A DNA stretch of 63,383 bases, counting the filler, from Reclinomonas americana ATCC 50394 (taxonomy: Eukaryota): NCBI GenBank assembly GCA_048213135.1. It is 15 parts of 15 records of this genome, joined end to end, with 100 filler letters (N's around TTAATTAATTAA, not from the genome) between each part and the next. Parts side by side here need not be neighbours in the genome. Positions count along the whole stretch, not along the records: positions 42,233 to 51,067 come from AFZH01022350.1; positions 51,168 to 53,587 come from AFZH01022351.1; positions 53,688 to 56,221 come from AFZH01022352.1; positions 56,322 to 59,239 come from AFZH01022353.1; 11 more parts are not named here. One strand, given 5' to 3'. Made by a program: the position numbers and the translations under genes. The notes beneath the pieces were generated by a model. That model was given only the letters and a program-made list of their open reading frames with translations. It did not search any database and was not told the DNA's origin. This document shows, piece by piece, positions 47,045 through 56,907 of the stretch (position 1 is its first letter; each line of letters starts with the position of its first letter).

Positions 47045-47440
47045 CATTTGACCTGCTGGAGCCCGCGGTAGCGCGCGAACACGCTCTGCCGGCCTGCCGA
47101 AAAAATGGCGATCTCGTAGGACTGCGGCGCCTAGCCGGGTACCTCCATGCCGGGCGAACCGACCGGCATGCCTGGAACCGCGATGCCGATCGCCTTCGGA
47201 CGCGCGACGAGCAAGCGCTTCACCGCCTCGGCCGGGACATGGCCCTCGATGACGTAACCGCCGATTACGGCCGTGTGGCACGACATCGAGGCCTCGGGCA
47301 CGCCGAGCCTGGTCTTGAGCGGCATCACATCGTCGACCAGGACCACCTCGACCGCCAGGTCGGCGGCCCTGATATGCTCGACCCAGTTGCCGCAACAGCC
47401 GCAATTCGGGTCGCGGGTCACGATCATCTTCGGCAGAGCT
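47045..47440 (-). pseudogene. DUF411 (CopG-like metal-binding) remnant
   Basis: PNCGCC..W, SCHTA...GY.IEGHVP, PGMP.GSPGME; in-frame TAG at 47131-47133 followed by conserved-looking APQSYEI...VFARY; N-terminus missing. Confidence 0.85.
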
Positions 47441-47540
47441 TCCGTAGGCGGCCATGTAGACGAACTGGTCCTTGCCCGTGACGTCACCCGCCGCGTAGAC
47501 GCCAGCCTTGGTGGTGCGCATGCGGTCGTCGACAAGGATG
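47441..47540 (-). pseudogene. Mercuric reductase (MerA-like) internal fragment
   Basis: VDDRMRTTKAGVYAAGDVTGKDQFVYMAAYG. Confidence 0.75.
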
Positions 47541-47720
47541 GCGACGCTGGTCTCGTCCTCGATGGCCATGAATATGACGCCCTTCGCCGACCCGGCCGCT
47601 GCTGCACCAGCACGAGGCCGGCGACGTCGACCTGACGCCGGTCCCGGTAAGCGACCGCCTCCATGCAGGTCAGGATGCGCCTGCGCGCGAACTCGTCGCG
47701 CAGGAAAGCGCGCCCGCAAG
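47541..47720 (-). pseudogene. Error-prone polymerase DnaE2 OB-fold fragment, frameshifted
   Basis: AFLRDEF...VDVAGLVLVQQRPG/SAKGVIFMAIEDET. Confidence 0.75.
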
Positions 47721-47876
47721 GGCTGCAAATCTCTCCAGCCGGCTCGTAGGGGCTGCTGGTTGAGCGTCAGTCAGATTATCGATCTGCCGCTGCAGCTGGG
47801 CGATGACATGCCGGGAAAATGGGCCGAGATGCAGGTATAGCGCCATCATCAGCAGCACATAGGGCAATGCCTGACG

Positions 47877-48276
47877 ATGATGGACGAGGCAGTCGAGCAC
47901 GATCCGGTCAAGCCGGACCGGGTCCGAAAATCGATCGGCGCCGAGGCCACCTTCGCGACCGACATCGTCGAGCGCGACGCCGCGCGGTCCGAGCTCACAC
48001 CTCTCGTCGCGAAGGTACGGCGCCATTGCGAGGCCAAGCAGCTCAGCGCGCGTACGATGACGCTGAAAGTAAAATACGCCGACTTCCAGGCGGTGACGCG
48101 AAGTCGGACGGTCCCGGGGCCATTCACCGGGTCAGAGGAGGTCGAGTGGTTCGCCCAGGCGCTTCTCGATCCGCTGTTCCCGGTTCCGAAAGGCATCCTC
48201 TGATCAGCGTGACCGACCCGACGCTCAACGACGCAGCGGCGACCCCGGTGACCGATCCACAGCTCTCGCTGCTCTA
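47877..48276 (+). pseudogene. DNA polymerase IV (DinB) little-finger remnant
   Basis: V.PDR.RKSIGAE.TF..D, RT.TLKVKYADF...TRSRT, then frameshift and a QLSL tail; catalytic domain absent. Confidence 0.8.
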
Positions 48277-48296
48277 GCGTGACCGACCTGGACAGC

Positions 48297-48722
48297 TCAG
48301 GCAGCCTTGCCACGCGGCTTCCGCCGCTGTTGACCCAGGCCCATTTTCTTAGCCAGGCTGGAACGCGCCTCGGCATAGGCCGGAGCGACCATTGGGTAGT
48401 CGGCCGGAAGCCCCCAACGAGCCCGATACTGCTCGGGCGTCATGTCGTAGGCGGTGCGAAGGTGCCGCTTCAACGATTTGAACTTCTTGCCGTCTTCGAG
48501 GCAGACGATGTGGTCTGCGGTGATCGACTTCTTGATCGGCACCGCCGGTGTAGGCTTCTCCTCAACCGCGGGCGCGGCCGCCTCAGAGCCCAATCCGGTG
48601 ATCGCTGCGTGGGTCGTTGCGATCAGGTTTGGCAGCTCGGCCGCAGGCACGCTGTTATTCGAGACGTAGGCCGAAACAATATCAGCGACCAGGCCGACCA
48701 GAACGTCGTTGTTCTCTGCCAT
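48297..48722 (-). CDS. mucR: MucR/Ros family transcriptional regulator
   Basis: ADIVSAYVSNN, PAVPIKKS, CLEDGKKFKSLKRHL, YPMVAP.YA..RS.LAK.MGLG. Confidence 0.95.
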   Translation of the reverse strand: MAENNDVLVGLVADIVSAYVSNNSVPAAELPNLIATTHAAITGLGSEAAAPAVEEKPTPAVPIKKSITADHIVCLEDGKKFKSLKRHLRTAYDMTPEQYRARWGLPADYPMVAPAYAEARSSLAKKMGLGQQRRKPRGKAA

Positions 48723-48953
48723 TGTGCTCTCCCGCAATGCCGGCGAAGCGCCCGCAGAAATTGGAATTAGCTGCCTACTATCTTCAACGAAGACAAACCG
48801 ACTCGCTATTGTCTACAACAACATAGTCTCAACGAGCCCGCCACGGCCAGAGAGCTATCCACAATTTCCTGATCAGCCCATGAGGTCTCGATTGCTCGCC
48901 GCAGACATTTCCGCGCCGACATCGGTCGCAATGCGGCTCCCGACCGCCCGTGG

Positions 48954-49172
48954 CTACTCGACCATTTTCCGGTATCGATCCAGGGTGCGGCGCACGAGGT
49001 CGGCCTCGTCGAGCGCGACATGTGCGAAGTGTGCGACGAGGGAGGCAACGCGCGTCCGCTCGCGCTCCTGATCGCCGTCGGGAACACTCGGTCTCACCTC
49101 GTTCCAAACGAGATCGAACGCCGCATGCGCGCGGGCGACGTCGATAGGATCGTTCAACGAAGAAAACGGCAT
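48954..49172 (-). CDS. Small hypothetical protein (FSSLNDP family)
   Basis: Paralogue of 39818-40048. Confidence 0.7.
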   Translation of the reverse strand: MPFSSLNDPIDVARAHAAFDLVWNEVRPSVPDGDQERERTRVASLVAHFAHVALDEADLVRRTLDRYRKMVE

Positions 49173-49273
49173 GGTCCGATCATCATGTCCCGGTGGCCGC
49201 CTTGGCGAACCGCCGGATTGTGCAATCCCAGCATCCTAGGATGATGGCGCGCCTTTTTTGAGGAGATGCGACG

Positions 49274-49477
49274 ATGGCGACCGGCACCGTGAAGTGGTTC
49301 AACGCCACGAAGGGTTTCGGCTTTATCCAGCCGGGCACCGGCAGGACGTCTTGGCCCATATCAGCGCCGCAGAGCAAGCGCCCCGCGCGAGCTTCGCGAC
49401 GGTCAGAGGGTCTCCTAGGAGCTCGCCCAGAACAAGCGGTCCGGCCGGACCTCGGCCGAGCAGTTGCAGGCGCTGTA
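49274..49477 (+). pseudogene. Cold-shock protein pseudogene
   Basis: MATGTVKWFNATKGFGFIQP, then a frameshift; DV.AHISA and a SAEQLQ-like tail lie in other frames. Confidence 0.85.
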
Positions 49478-49638
49478 GTCGCGAGCTAGCGCGGCCAGAA
49501 AAGCGCCGCTCCCTCGTACCGGTCATTCTCTCACCCGTGCTGCGATCATCCTCGTCAAGTCGTCTCCTGCCGAGGCCGGCCGCGCGGGGGGGCGCAATGA
49601 GTTCGACAGCAGGTGCTTCCTTTCATGAGGTGGGGGTC

Positions 49639-50379
49639 TCAACCGATCGTCGCGAGGATCGGGAAGCGTTCGAGCAACCAGAACGCCATGGTCGATAAAT
49701 GGCCGGACAACATCGCCAGGCCCATTGCGATCATCGTCAGGCCCGCCAGGACCTGAAGGGTGCGCCCGATCCGGCGCAGCCGACGCAGGCGGGCCGCGAA
49801 GCCTTCGGCGAATAGGGCCGCCAGCAGGAACGGAAGGCCAAGGCCGAGGGAGTAGAGGCTGAGGAGCGCCACGCCATCGAGCGCGGTCGCGGATGCCGCA
49901 CTGACGGTCAGAATGGCGCCCAGCACCGGACCGATGCATGGGGTCCAGCCGAAGCCGAAAGCCACGCCGAGGAGATAGGCGCCAACCGGATGTCCGCCTC
50001 TGGCCGGGCCCTCGAGGCGCAGCTCCCGCTCAAGCCAGGCAAACCGGACGAGGCCCGTGGTGAAGATGCCGAAGACGATGACAATCACGCCACCGACGAG
50101 GCCCGCTTCATAGCGATAGCTGCGGAAGGCGTCCCCCAAGGCCGTCGCGCCCGCTCCCAGGATAACGAAGACGGTCGAGAAGCCGAGCACGAAGCTAACA
50201 CTCAGGAATAGCGTCGACAGCCGCCGCGCAACGCGAGAGCCTGCCAGTCCCGTCTCGACGGCATTGCCCGCAATGAAAGAGATATAGCCGGGCACGAGCG
50301 GCAGCACGCAGGGTGACAGAAAGGAGATCGCTCCGGCCGCCAAAGCAGTCAGGACCCCGATATTTCCAATCTCGCTCAC
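49639..50379 (-). CDS. ccdA: Cytochrome c biogenesis protein CcdA family
   Basis: AGAISFLSPCVLPLVPGY, FGFGWTPCIGPVLGAIL, YSLGLGLPF. Confidence 0.92.
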   Translation of the reverse strand: MSEIGNIGVLTALAAGAISFLSPCVLPLVPGYISFIAGNAVETGLAGSRVARRLSTLFLSVSFVLGFSTVFVILGAGATALGDAFRSYRYEAGLVGGVIVIVFGIFTTGLVRFAWLERELRLEGPARGGHPVGAYLLGVAFGFGWTPCIGPVLGAILTVSAASATALDGVALLSLYSLGLGLPFLLAALFAEGFAARLRRLRRIGRTLQVLAGLTMIAMGLAMLSGHLSTMAFWLLERFPILATIG

Positions 50380-51020
50380 GGCTGCGCGCCCCGATTTCCG
50401 GGCTCGGACAGCGTGGGGACATGTCGGGAGATCTCTGAGATCAGCTCCGGCGAATCCCATTCCTTCGGCCCGACCCAGCGCAGCACCTCGGCGCCGTCGG
50501 GGCCGAGCAGGAGCGTGGTCGGAAGCCCCGTGATCTTGAACGACCGGACCGCCTTGCCTTCTCGGTCGAGATAGATCGTAAGGTCCTTGATGCCGAACTG
50601 TGAATAGAACGGCTTCACCACTTCGGCGCCGTCGCGGTCGACCGACAGCGCGACCACTTCGAAGGCTTTGCTCCCCATCTGGCCCTGCAAGCGATCGAGC
50701 GAAGGCATCTCGGTGCGGCACGACAGGCACCAGGTCGCCCAAATATTCAAGAGGATCGCTTTGCCGCGCAGCTCTGCGAGGCGAATGGACCGGCCGTCCG
50801 CGCGCTCGAACTTCAGATCGAGCGCGCGCCGGCTCTGCACTGGCGTCGCCCGTTCCGACCAGATCGTACTGCTTCCGTAGACGACTGCAACGACACCGGG
50901 TATGGCCAGCATGGCCAGCGCGACGTACAGGCGGTATCTTCCTGGTGTGTTGTGAGCGATCACGTCATCGCCCTGTGTTCGCTGCCTTCCTCCACCGGCT
51001 TTGGGAGCCTCTTGCATCAC
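50376..51020 (-). CDS. TlpA/ResA-like thiol:disulfide oxidoreductase
   Basis: LLNIWATWCLSCRTEMPSLDRL, GLPTT.L; GTGA overlap with ccdA; start uncertain. Confidence 0.9.
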   Translation of the reverse strand: MMQEAPKAGGGRQRTQGDDVIAHNTPGRYRLYVALAMLAIPGVVAVVYGSSTIWSERATPVQSRRALDLKFERADGRSIRLAELRGKAILLNIWATWCLSCRTEMPSLDRLQGQMGSKAFEVVALSVDRDGAEVVKPFYSQFGIKDLTIYLDREGKAVRSFKITGLPTTLLLGPDGAEVLRWVGPKEWDSPELISEISRHVPTLSEPGNRGAQP

Positions 51021-51167
51021 CGCGTCCGAACTCCCCGATAGAGAGAGATGGAGCCACTAGCAGGCTGNNNNNNNNNNNNNNNNNNNNNNNNNNNNNNNNN
51101 NNNNNNNNNNNTTAATTAATTAANNNNNNNNNNNNNNNNNNNNNNNNNNNNNNNNNNNNNNNNNNNN

Positions 51168-51214
<47 letters not shown>
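51168..51214. repeat. (GT)n microsatellite at a contig end
   Basis: Perfect GT run. Confidence 0.95.
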
Positions 51215-51220
<6 letters not shown>

Positions 51221-51261
51221 GACCGCGCTGCACGCCCCCCCCCCCTCCCTTTCCCACACCA

Positions 51262-53498
51262 GTCAATGTGGCGCCGGCAAGTTTGGCATTGTCGCAGAAT
51301 CCGGCATCATTCCCAGTGCCCAATCCTGCAGCGGCAGCGGGCACCACAGTTGGAACGTTCTCAGCGTCTGATATCAACAGCAGTGAGTCATTCACCTACC
51401 GCCTCGTCGACGGCATCGGCGGTGAGCAGAACTGTTTGTTCGTGATCGATGGCAATCGGCTGGAGGTGGGGGCAGAGGGTCTTTCACCGACTTTGACGAG
51501 TCCGCTTAGCGTGCGAGTGCAAGTGACGGACTCGCGAGGACTGTCGTCGGAGTTCGTGATCCCTGTGGCGAGTTGCGTGACGTGTACTATCGTTTTTTGG
51601 CTGTGGTCTGAGGCAACAAGCTGATATGACTTAACAATGTTTCCGCACACGCAGTTGACAATGCACCAACGGACATCAGCCTTAGTTCGACGCAGTACAC
51701 GCCTGGTGGTGTGGCCGGAGAGACTGTGGCAACCATCACCGTGGTGGACGATACGGCTGTGGCGCATGTGGTGACGCTGGATTCACAGTCTGTGAATGGC
51801 GCGTTTGTTGTGCACAATAACAACGAACTGCGACGCGGCGCTGTGGTTCCTGTTGGTGATGTGCAAGTGGTATTGACCGCACGGGATGCGGCTCGCGCGT
51901 CGCTGTTTGTGACCAAGACATTCACCTTGTCAGAAAGTTGCGAGCAGCTAGCGCCTGCAGTCGTGCGTGCGTGTGGGACGATGTTATGCTGATTTGTGGT
52001 GACGCAGGAAATGTCGCACCGACGTCAATTTCATTGAGTCAGAGCCCTTCAACGCTGCAGGTGCCATCGAATGGTGCAGCGGCAGCGACTGTGGTGGGCG
52101 TGCTTTCGGCTGCAGATGCCAATTCTTCGGAGACGTTTAGCTTCCGGTTGGTGGATGGCGACGGAAGCACACACAACGCATTCTTCGTGGTGGCCAACGG
52201 CAACGAGCTGCGAGTGTCCAGTGCTGGTGTGCCGGCGGCGCAGACTGGACCACTGAGTGTGCGTGTGGGAGTTACAGACAGCGGCAACAACAAGTTTGAG
52301 CAAGCGGTGGCAGTGGCCAGTTGCGTTTTTTCTAGCTGCGCAGTAATGTGAGTGATTGTCTGCGCTTACGCGGTGTATCGGCCAGTCACGAATGCACCGC
52401 TGTCGGTGAGTCTGTCGGTGACGACGTATCCGCCGGCTGCAACGTCGGGTACAGTGGTGGGCACATTCACTGTGGCCGTGGACGCGGGATCTGCGACGGT
52501 GCCGGTTCTGACAGTGGTCACACAATCGCCGGCTAATGCCTTCAGCATCGTCGACAAGCAGTTGAAGATTGGAGCAGTGCCACCGTCTGGCACTGTCACG
52601 GTGACTGTGCGGGCTCAAGATCCGAATGTTGCGAGCTTGTATCGTGACGTTGTGTTCACGCTTGGTGAAAGTTGCGAAACTACATAGCAGAGGGAGGAAG
52701 CGGAATGCTGCTGGTGTGCAAAATACTCATGGGTGAATAATGCACAGCCGACGTTGCACCAAGCGACATTGCGTTGACACTGGCGACACCGCCGCCGTTG
52801 CGACTGCCGGCAGCGGCGTCGACGGTGATTGGAACGCTGAGCAGTGTGGATGTGAACAGTGGCGAAGCGTTCACATACGAACTGGTGTACGGTGCGTGTG
52901 GCAGTGATATGTGCATGTGGCGGCCAGTCCATGGGCTTACGCGTTGCCGTTTTTTTCTCTTGGTGTTTTGTTTCTACCAGGTGTGGGCGCGGACAACAAC
53001 TCGCTGTTTGCCATCGACGGCGACAAACTGATGGCGCGCGGTGCGGGTATTCCATCGCCGCAAGTGGCGCCTGTGAGTATTCGGGTGCGTAGCACTGATC
53101 TCGGAGGCCTCCGCATCGAGAAGTCATTCGTCGTCAGCAGTTGCGTGCATCAGTGAGGTGCACTGTGGGGAGGAGGCGATGAAAAATGACACACTTGATC
53201 GCAGCGAATTCGGTGCCGACGAGCATTGCGTTGACATCCAACACGTATCCGGCTGATGGTAGCGCTGTGGGTGGCACGCTGATTGGCCAGGTATCGGCGA
53301 CTGACGTGGACCAGAATGAGTCGTTCACATTCAGTCTGGTGGCCACTGGAGACAGCAGTCTGTTTGAGATTGACAACAGCGACGAGCTGCGGATTGCGTC
53401 GTCGGTGACAACGCCGCTGACAGGCAGCAAGAGCATCCAAGTGCAGGTTGTTGACTCGGCTCTGAACTCGCTGACCGTGTCATTCTCGATTGTGGTCG
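51262..53498 (+). CDS. Cadherin-like repeat protein (eukaryotic, partial), at least 6 repeats
   Basis: N/D-x-AP...VGTLS..D.NS.E.FTY.LV.G.G...N..F.IDGN.L...VRV..TD repeats; phase-1 introns at repeat boundaries. Confidence 0.8.
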
Positions 53499-53877
53499 GT
53501 GAGTGTCATTACCGTTGCTGATGTGGGCGGATCAACTCTTGCGCAAGGTTAACTCACTGACGAGTCGTTGTGTGCGGTGACCACAGCNNNNNNNNNNNNN
53601 NNNNNNNNNNNNNNNNNNNNNNNNNNNNNNNTTAATTAATTAANNNNNNNNNNNNNNNNNNNNNNNNNNNNNNNNNNNNNNNNNNNNGATGCCGGCGGCG
53701 TTGCCTGCTGTCAACGGCGTGCCCTCTTCCTCCTCCTCATCTTCCTGCTCTCTGATGCGTAAGAGCTCCACGCGTCAGCTCATGGTTCGTACATGTCGTC
53801 ACCGGCTCTCTCCTCTGTGACTCTCTCTCACACATTGCAACAATGTCTGTTTCTGCTATCGATGGCGTGCGCAGGCA

Positions 53878-56221
53878 ATGAGTGGAGGGCACGAAGCACA
53901 CCAGGCGGGTCTGTGGAGCGTGTTGCCGGAAGAGCTGTGGACGATTGTGTTGTCGCACTTCAGCGCGGGTGATTTGTATCGACAGCAGACCACGTGCAAG
54001 ACTTGGTGAGATGGACGATGTGCGCGTTCACGTGTGAGACCGTGAGAGCTCATCTACGCGTTGCTCGTGCGCTCTAGGTATCGCCTGCTGGTGAAGTCGG
54101 TGACGGGGTTCAGTGCAAAGAGCGCCGCTGAGATCTCTGCGGCTCTCCAATCATTGCGGTGTTTGCGCAGCTTGCACAGTTGCGATTGCGCTCTCTCGCT
54201 CTCTGCCTTGTGTATGTGTGTGCGCGGGTGTTTCTGACACGCAGGGTGTGACCTCGCAGTTGGAGTTCCGTATGGGGAGGCAGTGGATGATTTGTGCGCG
54301 GCTCTGTCGAGTGGGCGATCGGGGCTCCGCGACTTGTCATTTACGGCGCCGTGGTGGCCTCGTTGCGTGCACAGAGAGTGCTGTGAAGCAGCCTTAGTCA
54401 GCGTCCTTATTGCCTCTCTCTCTCTCTCTTTAGAATACATGGAGCGAGATCCAGTTTCGTCGCACAAGATGACGCACATGAAGCAGCTGTGTGAGGCCGT
54501 CGGCAGCAATCCCAAGTCGTTGCTGCGCTCCCTGACGATCTCTGGTAAGCGCGCATAGGGTGGGGAAGTGTTGATCTACTGGTTGTTGCTGACTCATTCC
54601 GCCACAGTGCCACTTGGGTCGGACTCTGCGTGCGACGTTTTGGGCTCGTTGTTGGCCTCCAACACCTCGCTTGTGACTGTTGATATCTCTTCTTCGTCCA
54701 CCGCATTCCCGGTGCGTCTGGCGCCCCTCGTACGGTCGCTGGTGAAGAATTCCACGTTACGGCACCTGCGGTTATGCGGATATTCTCTCGATGCTGAGGC
54801 GACTGCTGCCATGGCGACGTACCTGGCGACCACGACGTCACTGGAGACGCTGGATTTGTCGCACTCGCTGTCTGGCGAAGTGGCGGGCGGCGGTCTCACT
54901 GCACTTCTTCCGGGCCTTGCGGCAAATCGATCGTTGCGAGTCTTCCGCGCGTGCCGCGCCGATATGCGAAGCCGTGCCGCAGTTGATGCGGTCCTTGGTC
55001 CGCACTCCATGTTGCATACTCTTGACTTGGAAGGTGAGCGCGTTTATGCTTGGTGATCTTGTGTGTCACCCCTCTCTCAATGCCCTGTATAGAGAGTCTT
55101 CTCTCCACCGAGTTTGCTGTTGCGCTCGGGCGGGATCTCCGTGTCAACCACACTCTGCATCGGCTGTTGCTCGACAAAACACACAACGGAATTCCTTCGT
55201 CTCGCGGGTCGTGGCCTTTTGATGTTGGTATCTCGTCCATTACCGCAGCCCTTGTCGAGAATACAACCGTGCGAGAAGTGTCGCTGCTTAGTTGCGCAGC
55301 CAGTCGCTCTGCCAGCCAACATTCATGTTGTCGAAAACACATGCTGATGCGCGTGGTGCACAGGTACCCCATTCACTTCATCTGTACTCGCGGAGGTGGC
55401 TCAGCATGTGTGCCGTTCAACGAGTCTTCGTACTCTGCGGATTTCGACTTGCTACCGCAACAGATTCGAAACGGCGTGGGTCGACTTTGCGCAACAGCTG
55501 GCCGCAGGATCACGCCTTTCGGAGCTGTCGTTTGAGTTCCAGTCACTGAAGTCCGTGGCGGCTGCTCCAGTTCCAGACGCCCCTGTTGCTCTGTCGCTGC
55601 TCAACCATATTGGCCAACTGAGGACGTTGACCAACCTTGACTTGTCTGGTTTGTTGTTTTCCCCCTCTTACATCGGCGTGATGTTCTCTGGTGCTCACTG
55701 GCGGGTAATGCAGAGACGGCGCTTACCGGGCAGCTGGCCACTCACCTGCAGTCCCTTGTGACGCAATGTGGCTCCTTGGAGTCACTCCGCCTTGCGAGAA
55801 ATACTTTCACGGACGCGGATGCGCTCGCTGTCGCTGATGTGCTGTCCTTGGAGTCCTCATCGCTTCGCACCCTCGATCTGGAAGGCGTGCAGTTCTCGTC
55901 GATGGATGCACTCGGCGCAGTGCTCGATGCGGCAGAGCGTGCCCCGCATCTGCGAAATCTGATCCTTCGCCACGTTTTCGTGTCACAGTCGTTGGGTGAC
56001 ACCACACGTTTTCGTTGCTTTTCGTATGAGTTTGTTTGATTCTGATGGTTTTTCCGGGGAGCAGATCACCGTTGGTGCGACTTCCTGGCCCACGCCGAGC
56101 AGCGCTTCCCGCTCGGCCTGTGTTCTTCTGGGACCTGGTGGCAGACCGGCTCGGGTTGCTGTTGAGTCGAGGTGTCTCATTACGTCGCGTTGATCTTCGT
56201 GGCATCCGGATATCCGCCCCA
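53878..56221 (+). CDS. F-box / RNI-like LRR protein, 3' partial
   Basis: LPEELW..VLS.....DL.....CKTW F-box; repeats such as N.SL..LDLS, SLETLDLS, LTNLDLS, SLESLRLARN. Confidence 0.8.
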
Positions 56222-56461
56222 NNNNNNNNNNNNNNNNNNNNNNNNNNNNNNNNNNNNNNNNNNNNTTAATTAATTAANNNNNNNNNNNNNNNNNNNNNNN
56301 NNNNNNNNNNNNNNNNNNNNNTTCTGGCTCTCCGACGTTATTCAGCCGCTAACTACACGACAACATGCGCTTATTCTGCAGCTCGGTGAAGGTGTGTGTC
56401 TCTGTGTTTGTGGTGCAATGTGTGGTTACGGTTTGATTTTCTCATCGTTTTATCTCGCGCA

Positions 56462-56623
56462 GAGAAAGAGACGATTGTGCAAACCAAGTGGCACCAGAAG
56501 GTTGTCGAGCCGATTGTGAGCACGTGCCGGAGCAGCCTGCCGAACTGGGTGTCGGTGATTGGCATTCCAGTCGTTGACGACATGCTGAGTGCTGCAGATC
56601 AGCACCGTGTTAACGTGGTCTGA
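56462..56623 (+). CDS. Last exon of an unidentified gene
   Basis: CAG acceptor then an open frame to TGA; convergent with VPS35. Confidence 0.3.
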   Translation, partial: EKETIVQTKWHQKVVEPIVSTCRSSLPNWVSVIGIPVVDDMLSAADQHRVNVV

Positions 56624-56907
56624 AATGTGTGTGCCGCTGCAGAGAGAAAAAAAGAAAATCCTCATCGTAAAATTAGTGTGTGTGTATATAATTGTGAAGT
56701 CCATCCACATGCCTTGCGTTTACCCCTCGAGCTCATTCATGCACAGTGTTGCCTCTGTCTGCTCTCTGACAAGATGAAAGACAGCAGAATAGAGACAACA
56801 GCTGGCGCAAAAGGTCAACAAGATGATGATGATAGGGAAAGAAATGTTGATTCGAAGCCAAACAGAACGCCGTAAATGCTGACACACGCCATTACGACAG
56901 AGACACG

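Noticed and set aside
47131..47133. In-frame TAG in DUF411 as recoding (pyrrolysine or readthrough)
   Set aside because: The gene also lacks its N-terminus and sits among pseudogenes; a nonsense mutation is simpler
21086..51067. Large bacterium-to-eukaryote horizontal transfer
   Set aside because: Both junctions coincide with spacers, and the bacterial genes show no introns or amelioration
51572..53204. GTTGCG introns as copies of one introner transposon
   Set aside because: No similarity is visible beyond the first 6-7 nt, with no terminal inverted repeats or consistent target duplications; not tested computationally
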